Shown here in pieces: positions 29,401 to 38,462 of a stretch of 64,000 bases of DNA. The number at the start of each line of letters is the position of its first letter. Within the stretch, counting starts at the first letter, position 1. The DNA comes from Octopus vulgaris (taxonomy: Eukaryota): contig OX597823.1 of NCBI GenBank assembly GCA_951406725.2, positions 93,062,001 to 93,126,000 of the forward strand, in the 5' to 3' direction. A program made the position numbers and the translations under genes. The notes beneath the pieces were generated by a model. It ran no database searches and had not been told where the DNA came from. It worked only from the letters and a program-made list of their open reading frames with translations.

Positions 29401-29803
29401 CCGAAATCTACTTGTCTAAAAGTCTAAAAGATGAATTAGGGTAAATGTTTTTGAATTTTCACCTAATTTTTGAATTACTACTACTTGGCGGTGTGAGTTA
29501 TGGCTGCTCTTTCTGGTGGACGAATGACCTGTTAGGGTCATTCCTAAATTGTTATATTTATATACTTAGTCGATGACTATTTTCTCTTTTCCACCAGGCC
29601 GTTGGTAGCGATAAATTTCTATTGAATTTTTTTGCTACCCTAAATTGACTAATTGATAATTTTCTGAATAATTCTGAGATTGAATCGGCAGTTTATATTT
29701 ACTGCTGATAAGTTTGGCGCGAATACGTCAGTCTTGAAAATTTTAAGACAGATATTCCTTAGGCATCGATACAGACGCCTCGTGTATATTTGTCTATCCC
29801 AGG

Positions 29804-29905
29804 TCTTTTACTGATGAAGTGTAACCTATGGTAGATTAGCTTAATTTAATTTAATTAAGCTAATTTAATCATTAATGACACAGAAACGTTGCAACGTCTA
29901 AAAGA
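29804..29905 (+). ncRNA. type I hammerhead ribozyme (copy 1, 474-bp unit)
   Basis: TCTTTTA-CTGATGA-A-GTGT..ACAC-A-GAAA-CGTTGCAACG-TC-TAAAAGA. Stem I 7 bp; predicted cleavage after C29898. Confidence 0.82.
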
Positions 29906-30277
29906 TGAATTAGGGTAAATGTTTTTGAATTTTCACCTAATTTTTGAATTACTACTACTTGGCGGTGTGAGTTATGGCTGCTCTTTCTGGTGGACGAATG
30001 ACCTGTTAGGGTCATTCCTAAATTGTTATATTTATATACTTAGTCGATGACTATTTTCTCTTTTCCACCAGGCCGTTGGTAGCGATAAATTTCTATTGAA
30101 TTTTTTTGCTACCCTAAATTGACTAATTGATAATTTTCTGAATAATTCTGAGATTGAATCGGCAGTTTATATTTACTGCTGATAAGTTTGGCGCGAATAC
30201 GTCAGTCTTGAAAATTTTAAGACAGATATTCCCTAGGCATCGATACAGACGCCTCGTGTATATTTGTCTATCCCAGG

Positions 30278-30379
30278 TCTTTTACTGATGAAGTGTAACC
30301 TATGGTAGATTAGCTTAATTTAATTTAATTAAGCTAATTTAATCATTAATGACACAGAAACGTTGCAACGTCTAAAAGA
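30278..30379 (+). ncRNA. type I hammerhead ribozyme (copy 2, 474-bp unit)
   Basis: Identical to 29804-29905; predicted cleavage after C30372. Confidence 0.82.
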
Positions 30380-30596
30380 TGAATTAGGGTAAATGTTTTT
30401 GAATTTTCACCTAATTTTTGAATTACTACTACTTGGCGGTGTGAGTTATGGCTGCTCTTTCTGGTGGACGAATGACCTGTTAGGGTCATTCCTAAATTGT
30501 TATATTTATATACTTAGTCGATGACTATTTTCTCTTTTCCACCAGGCCGTTGGTAGCGATAAATTTCTATTGAATTTTTTTGCTACCCTAAATTGA

Positions 30597-30682
<86 letters not shown>

Positions 30683-30687
<5 letters not shown>

Positions 30688-30992
30688 AGGCGCAATGGCC
30701 TAGTGGTTTGGGCAGCGGACTCGCGGTCGTAGGATCGCGGTTTCGATTCCCAGACCGGGCGCTGTGAGTGTTTATTGAGCGAAAACACTTAAAGCTCCAC
30801 GAGGCTCCGGGAGGGGGTGGTGGCGATAATGCTGTACTCTTTCGCCACAACTTTCTCTCACTCTTTCTTCTGTTGGCCTGCTCGCTTAGCCAGCGGGGTG
30901 GCGTCACTTGAAGGCTAAAACAATGCGAAGCGCATTGTGACCAGCGATATGTAACACCATCTGATGGCTTGGTCGGTCACGGTGATCACGGG
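30683..30992 (+). mobile_element. SINE family C head/core with a third type of 3' tail
   Basis: GTGGAGGCGCAATGGCCTAGTGG..GGTTTCGATTCCCAGACC head; tail GCTAAAACAATGCGAAGCGCATTGTGACCAGCG...GGTCACGGTGATCACG. Confidence 0.85.
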
Positions 30993-31144
30993 GATATATA
31001 TATATATATATTTATACATACATACACACACACACACAAACACATATATATGTATATATATATATATTTTTTTTTTTTTTTTATTCTCTAGTTTCAGCTC
31101 AGAGCTCCGGCCATGCTGATGCACCGCCGTTTTGTGCTACACTG

Positions 31145-34100
31145 TTATTGCGAAGAACCTCGTCTAATATGTGGCACTTGGTGAAGAATGGAGTTTGATA
31201 TAGCTACTCTCATTTGCACCTCTTGCTGTGAGGTAGGTTCATCTGGGACTCTTGACAGGAAGATGTCCAGCTTTGATTTAAAAACCGCTACATCTACTTT
31301 GTGCAAGTTCCTCAGACTCTTTGGGAGAATATTAAAAAGCTGTGGGCCCTTGAAACCCAGGCTGTTGCAGAAGCTGGTCCTGAAGCGTGATGGCATTGCT
31401 GGGATCTTTGGCACTATGCAGTGTCGTCCCGTTCTAGCATTGGTGTAGCTTACAATGCCAAAATTTGGCACAATTCCTTCCAGGATCTTCCAGACATATA
31501 TTACTGCATACCTCTCCCGTCTTCTCTCCAGGGAGTAGAGTCTTAGCTGTTTCAACCTTTCCCAGTAGCTGAGCTGTTGCAAAGAGACGATCTTCTTTGT
31601 GAATCTTCTCTGGATTGCTTCAAGGTCCGCTGTTAATTTCACACTGGTGGGTGACCATAGTGTGAGCAGTAATCCAGGCGTCTGAGGACGAATGTCCGCC
31701 AGAGGACCATCATGGTTTCCTTATCTCTGGTTCTGAATGTTCTTAGGATCCACCCAGCCAGTCGTCTGCACTTTGTCGCCATCCTGGTAATTGGCACTTG
31801 GAAAGAGGTATCATCACTCATGTCGATACCCAGGTCCCTCACAGACTTAGGCTCTGGGATTGAAATTCCCTGTGGACCGGTGTATCCTGTAAGTTTAATA
31901 TTCAGTTTTGGATGCTGGTAGTCCAGGGCCTGGAATTTTTCAGCATTAAACTGCATATTATTATCCTCAGCCCATCTGTAGATTGAGTCCAACTCCTGCT
32001 GCAGGTGTGCAACATCGCTGGGGTTCTGTATTTTCTGCGAGACTTTCTATCGTCTGCATAGCTGGCCAGAGTGGCTATCCGGGCATTTGAGGGCATATCT
32101 GAGAGGGCCACTATAAAAAGCAGTGGTCCCAAGACAGTGCCCTGTGGAACACCGCTCACTATTTGTGTGTTCATAGAGGTGGCTCCATTAACCACTACTG
32201 CCTGACTCCTATCTTTCAGGAAGTCATGTAACCACACTCCAAGTTTTCCAGCTATGCCGAGGTCACGTAGTTTGTGGCATATCATACCATGATCCACCTT
32301 GTCAAAAGCTTTTGCAAAATCAAGGTAGATTACGTCCACATTTGATTTGTTGAGTAACTGCCTCAACACCCAGTCATAATGTTGTAAGAGCTGGGTCAGG
32401 CAGCTCCTACCTGGTCGAAAACCATGCTGGGTATCACTCAGCAAGTTATTTTCCACAAGGAATGCGATTAGTTTCTTTCTGACTATCCGTTCCATGACTT
32501 TGTTGATGCGTGAAGTCAGAGAGATAGGCCTATAGTTTTTGGCATCTGCTCTACTTCCCCCTTTATGTATTGGGCATATTATTCCCTCCTTCAGCTTGCT
32601 TGGCAGTTTGCCATTCACAAGAAAGCTCTGGAAGAGAATCTTGAGGGGTTTTGCCAGGGCATGCTTACACGCTTTGAGGAGGATGGCTGGGAAACCATCT
32701 GGACCAGCAGCTGAGTTTGTGTCCACTTCATCTATGGCTAGTAGGACATCTTTTTCGCTAATGTCAATACATTCTATTGTAACCGCCTCGCTGGTTATAG
32801 GTGAGGCGGCAAAGAAGTCCACTGGTTCGTTCACTTGTCTGTGTTCCAACGGGGTGGTAAAGACACTTTTGAACTGGTCATTCAGCATCTCACTGATCTT
32901 AGTTGGACTGTCTGTGAGGGAGCCATTCTTTTGGAGGAGGGGTCCTATCTTGTAGTGCACTGAGACTGTTTCTTTCGCGTAATGAAAGAAGGCCTTTGGG
33001 TTTGATTTAATATTTTTTATAACCCAGGCTTCTTTGTCTGCTTTCTCCTTCACATAGGATTGTTGCAGCCTTTTTTCGATCTCCATCAGTGTTGTTTTTA
33101 GGCGGGACGCTTCGCTACTTTTAGGATGTTGGTTGAGACGATTTGCAACCTTCGTCCGTCGTCTCATGAGGATCTTCCTGTCTCTTGGAATCTTCCTCCT
33201 ATTTGTTTTGGCCTTGTGCTCTGGGACATATTTCTGGCATACGGCTTGCACAGAAGACATGAAACATTCTAGTTTCATGTCAATGTCTCGTGTGGAGAGA
33301 CATTCCGGCCAGTCCTCCTGAGGATCTCTTTTTGGATCGATTTCCAATCTGCTTTGTGGAAGTTCAGATTGGAGAGATTTCGAGTGCTTCCTTTAGGCTG
33401 TATGTCTCTGGTTACTTTTGGCCCAAACATAGACAGCTCTATTATGTTGTGATCCGAAACTGATGTCGGTGTCACTTTCACATCATGAATGATGTCCATA
33501 TTGTTCGTGAAGCAGAGATCCAGAATGTTATTCGCCCTAGTTGGCTTCAGTACAACTTGCTCCATGAATAAGGCATTGGTGAGGTTGAGCAGGGACTCCA
33601 CCTGTACTTGCTTGCAATGATTCATTCCTGAGAGTATGTGACCTTCGGGCTATTTGACGCTGGGGAAGTTGAAATCACCCATAAGAAATATGGTCACGTG
33701 GTGTTCCAGATTCATGAGGATTTCTTTAATTCTTGTGAGGTAAACTTCACACTTGCCTGTGTGAATTGGGGCATCCGGTGGGCAATATGTATTGCATACG
33801 ACTATATTATGTTGTCTTATGTATACAATTAAAGTGTCACATACCGAATTTGAGTATGTCATTAAGACCTGGGGTGTGAGGTCATCTCGGATGTATACAG
33901 CAACTCCACCATGGCTTTTTTCCCTTCTGTCTGTTCGCAGTATGGCATAGTTTGGTATGTGTACTTCTGCGTCCTCTATATCAGGGTTGAGGTGAGTTTC
34001 CACAAGTGCTATGCATAGGGCTTGATTGCATGCAGTAAGATCTCTCAGGAAAGAAATTTTGTTTCTATTTTGATGCAACAGGCCCACGATATTTAGTAAA

Positions 34101-34246
34101 AGTATTGGGGTGACGGCTGTGCAGGCGTTAGGAGAGGCCATCCCGTGTCTGTTGACTGTGGTGGTCTTGCATAGTGATGGGGAGGGTTCCTTCTCTGTGC
34201 TTAGTGTAGCCAGGTTAGATGCCGGACAATTCTTTGTGCCATGCAT
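31145..34246 (-). pseudogene. LINE ORF2 (APE endonuclease + reverse transcriptase), several frameshifts
   Basis: LLNIVGL, ALVETHL, MGDFNFP, ILDLCF, SDHN (APE); NYRPISLTS, QHGFRPGRSC, YLDFAKAFDKVDH, GVPQGTVLGP, YADD (RT); C-terminal SLERRRERY. Confidence 0.95.
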
Positions 34247-35038
34247 TAAAAAGACTCTTGCTCAGCTGCTGCGTTGCGCAGAAAATCTGAAGAGCGCACT
34301 TCGTTTTTGAAAGTTTTTGAAAGTTTTCCTGTGAGACATTTTTTGTGTTCCCTCGGTAACGCTTTTCTCTTTGAGTCCCCTGAAGTTCTAGCGGGGTGTC
34401 GGGTGGGCGAACCGGCAGTTTTTGCCGTCCTCACCATGCCAACATTTGCCCCGCAGGTAGAATTTACAGGTTCTTCGGTGCCTTCCAGATTTCTTCCTTA
34501 CTGAAGCGTACTGGGTGGCATTGGATCCTCCATGGGGTTCTCTGTTATTTCTGTGGTGGGTTGGGGTTTCAGCTTTGGTTGTTTTGATTTTCCTCCTTTT
34601 CCCTCCTTATTTTTGTTTTCGGTCCTTCCTTTTTCTTCTGGTTTTCTAATTTTTCATTTCTTGGTACAGGGGGGCTTCCGGTTTCTGCTCCCGTGGCTCC
34701 CCTATCCTTCACTACCTGGTCGTTCACCGGGGTAGATGATCCTGAGGAACCCCTAGATCACATATACTTCCGGCTTCCTTCTCTTTTTCGTCCTCTTCAT
34801 TTTCATCAGCCTTGCCACAATAATTTTCAATTATGTGGTCCAGTGGTTTGATGTGTGGTCTTATAAGCATGTAAGACAGGATAAATTCGCCTTTTTTTCG
34901 TTCTATTTGGTCAATGGTTCTATGAAATCCATTGTTCTTTAGCGTGGCAGTGATGATGTTGTTCGGCGGATCGCCATTAGCAATTGTCCATGCTCTTAGC
35001 AGAAGATCTAACTCTTTCTTTTCCCACCTTGGTGCCAT
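34246..35038 (-). pseudogene. LINE ORF1 remnant: N-terminal Myb/SANT(trihelix)-like segment and a CCCH zinc finger
   Basis: MAPRWEKKELDLLLRAW..IITATLKNNGFHRTIDQIERKK (35038-34865); CKFYLRGKCWHGEDGKNCRFAH (34468-34403). Confidence 0.65.
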
Positions 35039-35109
35039 CTTCGTTTTGAAGTCCAGAGGGGGAGTAGAGGCTACAGAGGTAATGAGGGATAGAGAGAGGT
35101 AGAGACGGA

Positions 35110-35690
35110 GAAACACAGAGGGGGGAAATAGGGAAAGAGAGAGAAGATAGGAAGGAAAGAGAGAGGTGCTATGAAAAAATCGAGAGGGTTATAGGAAAGC
35201 AAGGGGGAGTGGTGTGTTAAAGAGATAGAGGAAGGTAGGGGAGGGGGAGATGTGGGGAATAGAAGGAGAGATAGTGAAGAAGAGGGGAAGAGAAAGAGAG
35301 GCAGAGTGAAGGAGAGGAAGGGAAGAGAAAGAGAAAACAGAGGGAGGGAGAGGATAGCAAGAGAAAGAGAGACAGAGTGAAGGAGAGACAGGATGAAGGA
35401 TGTGAGAGAGAGGGAGAGACGGAGTGAGAAGAATGGGCGAATAAGAAGTATATGAGAGAGAGGGTGAGGTGACGAGCGGAGAGATAGATATGAGATGGAA
35501 AAGAAAGAGAAATGAGAGAAGAGGGGGATATGAAAGGGAGGAGGAGAGATGAGAAAAAGAGTAAGATATGCAAGAGAGAGGGAAAGGGTAAGCGTAAAGA
35601 GAGATAAAGGAAGGGAGAAAGGAGCTGGAAGTGGGGGAATATATGTAAGGGAGGAGAGATGAGATAGAAGAAAGTGAGGAAATGAAGGAA
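35110..35690. repeat. GA-rich polypurine/polypyrimidine low-complexity tract (LINE 5'UTR)
   Basis: Almost exclusively G/A on the plus strand. Confidence 0.85.
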
Positions 35691-36281
35691 TTATTTAATT
35701 CTAAATTAATTACTAGAAAATAAACATATGAAAAGAATTTTTAAATGCTGGTTTTATAGATATGACATTAAAGGTAGATTGAAAGTGAAACAGAAATTGA
35801 AAGAAAGTTATTTTCAGAAAGTTATTTTCAAAGATGGCGTCGTAAATCGTAACTGAGATGTTAGCTTATATTGAAGGAAAATAAAAGATTAATAAGCAAA
35901 CTGGAAGCGATACTTATCGTAAAAAGTACAGTCCAAACCGTCGTGCTTGTACGAAGAAGTTTTCTTTCACAACAGAAAAGAAAACAATTCTTTTTCCATC
36001 TGACATTTGGCTGGAAATAAATTAAAGACTTGCCAAGACGTGCTTTTTCGGCGAAGAATCTAGCATGCGTAACTAACTTTACTGCATTATATTTGGCTTT
36101 AAGCGAAATATATTACGTTTTTAATTAATATATTTTTAATTAATGTATTTTAGTAGATTTTATGAGTTAACAAGTTCTACGTTTTGTTACTTTTAGTAGA
36201 TTATTTCGTTGATTTATGCAAACCTTTTTGTTTTTTCACAGAGCAAAACCAAACACGTCTTTCCTCTACGAAAACCGGATG

Positions 36282-36324
<43 letters not shown>

Positions 36325-36425
36325 TGATAATAATATGACAACAAAAGAATTAATGAGACCTCGATATTATGGAAAATAGAAGAATTTATCTATAAATATA
36401 TTATGTGACAATTAGTTGGTTGTCA

Positions 36426-36486
36426 TAATAAAACACAGTTTCGGATGCCGGGGGTGAATTCTGCTCCGGCATCTCATCAGTTATTA
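36426..36486 (-). ncRNA. minimal type I hammerhead, left arm of fold-back
   Basis: TAATAA-CTGATGA-GATGCCGG..CCGGCATC-C-GAAA-CTGTG-TT-TTATTA. Confidence 0.7.
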
Positions 36487-36499
36487 TTTTTGTTTATCC

Positions 36500-36562
36500 T
36501 AATAACTGATGAGATGCCGGAGCAGGCTTCAGCTCCAGCATCCAAAACTCTGTGTTTTATTA
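36500..36562 (+). ncRNA. hammerhead copy with GAAA>AAAA mutation, right arm of fold-back
   Basis: TAATAA-CTGATGA-GATGCCGGAGC..GCTCCAGCATC-C-AAAA-CTCTGTG-TT-TTATTA. Confidence 0.55.
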
Positions 36563-36583
36563 TGACAACCAACTAATTGTCAC

Positions 36584-36635
<52 letters not shown>

Positions 36636-36638
<3 letters not shown>

Positions 36639-38267
36639 TTGCGGCCAAAATGTTCAGAACGGCATTGTTTTCGTCAGAAAAGTAGATATAATTTTTTATC
36701 AAAGTTGTTTTATATTCTATAATTTTCACAGACAATAAATACAATATTAATTGTTATTGTCTGAGATTTTGGTGTAATTTGAGAGGATAATACAAAAGTT
36801 ATGGATGATTTAGTGATTTACTGCAAAACCCATGGCCGCCAAAATGATCAGATCGGTTGAAAAAATAACAAAATAATCAAAAATAACAGAGAATATTGGA
36901 ATTATTTAATATTTAGTGTTAAGCCCTTTAGCTTCAATCACACTCTGACATCTTCGACTGTATGAGGAAATTAAATTTTCAATTTCTTGCTGGGTGATCT
37001 GATTCCATTCTTCCTGAAGGGCATTCCAGAATTGCTTAGTTGCTTTAGGATTTCTGGCTTTCGAACGTTCTCCTAGAATATTCCACACATTTTCAGTAGG
37101 ATTGAGATCTGGGCTTTGAGCTGGCCAACCCATAACAATAACCTTTTCAGCCTTGAGGAAGTTCATGACCACCTTAGCCTTGTGACATGGGGCATTGTCC
37201 TGCATGAATATGGGTGGTCGCTTAGTTAAATTTCTCAGCACAGGCAAGACATGATCTTTTACAAGTTGTTTATAAACTCCTACATTTAACTTTCCATGTA
37301 ATCGCACCAAATGGCCCACACCATCTCCAGATATCATTCCCCAAACCATGACACTTCCTCCACCGAATTTAACACTAGTCTTAAGGCATTTAGGCAACAA
37401 TTTTTCACCTACTTTTTCTACGAACGAACCTTTTCTCATCTGAGCTAAATAACATAGACTTAGATTCATCACTGAAATGAACCGTTTGCCATTTCTCTTG
37501 AGACCTCAACATATGTTCGGTTGCAAAGGTAAGACGACACTTTTTATTCTCGGAGCTGATCAGTGGCTTCACTGCAGGTGCTCTTGCTTGTAGGTCATGT
37601 TCAACTAAACGACGAGACACAGTTTTTCGAGATAAAGTTTTCTACAATACAACGCTCATTTTCCAAAAAAACAGCAGCAGCAGTTTTAAAACTGTCCTTT
37701 TTAACCAACTTTACCATAGCCCGATCTTCTCTCTTGGTCGTTTTTCTTGGCCTACCTGTAAACTTGCTTGCTTCACACGAACCACAATCATCGTAGACCT
37801 TAAGAATACCGTGTACAACACTTTTTGACTTGTTAACAATCTTTGCAATAGATCCAATACTTAAATTATCCTTTCCTTCGAAGCTTAATAATCTGCTGAC
37901 GAATTGGTAACGGAGTAAGTGGCATTATATTAACAAAGTACACTGCAAATATTCTTACTAATGTTTAGTAAACGAACCATCACGTAAACAAATTCAAAAC
38001 ATTAGAGTTCGCCGGTTAAATATACTAAAACACGGAGTAAAAGCAACCGTTCTGATCATTTTGGCCGACATGGGTTTTGCAGTATATCACTAAATCATCC
38101 ATAACTTTTGTATTATCCTCTCAAATTACACCAAAATCGCAGGCAAGAGCAAATAGTATCGTATTTATTGTCTGTGAAAATTATAGATTATAAAACAACT
38201 TTGATAAAAAATTATATCTACTTTTCTGACGAAAACAATGCCGTTCTGAACATTTTAACCGCAACTG
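36636..38267 (-). mobile_element. Tc1-family DNA transposon (1632 bp) with ~220-bp IR/DR-type TIRs and TA target
   Basis: TA|CAGTTGCGG...CCGCAACTG|TA. TIRs ~36636-36859 and ~38044-38267, each with outer and inner direct repeats (CCAAAATGTTCAGAACGG / CCAAAATGATCAGATCGG). Confidence 0.95.
36906..37925 (-). pseudogene. Tc1 transposase (DD34E), frameshifted
   Basis: ATG at 37925 (MPLTPLPIRQQIIKL), GRPRKTT, VHFSDESK, VKFGGGSVMVWG, FMQDNAPCH, SPDLNPTENVW; 34 residues between the second D and E. Confidence 0.93.
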
Positions 38268-38299
38268 TATATATGTATGTATGTAAGTATGTATGTATG

Positions 38300-38462
<163 letters not shown>

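Larger units (their letters stand above)
29422..30600 (+). repeat. tandem array, 474-bp unit, ~2.5 copies, non-coding, hammerhead-bearing
   Basis: GTCTAAAAGATGAATTAGGG at 29422, 29896 and 30370; only about one substitution seen between copies. Confidence 0.95.
31067..36283 (-). mobile_element. apparently full-length degenerate CR1/L2-group LINE (~5.2 kb) inserted in (TA)n
   Basis: Poly(A) at 31067-31082, ORF2 and ORF1 remnants, long pyrimidine-rich 5'UTR, and 5' end ACATCCGGTTTT..GACGTGTTT..GCTC abutting a TA tract (5' boundary inferred). Confidence 0.8.

Noticed and set aside
29434-30592. TTAGGG/CCCTAA hexamers in the 474-bp unit as telomeric repeats
   Set aside because: Only isolated single hexamers, not tandem telomeric arrays.
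30683-30755. tRNA gene
   Set aside because: A/B boxes are present, but no convincing cloverleaf or terminator; continues into a repeated SINE body.
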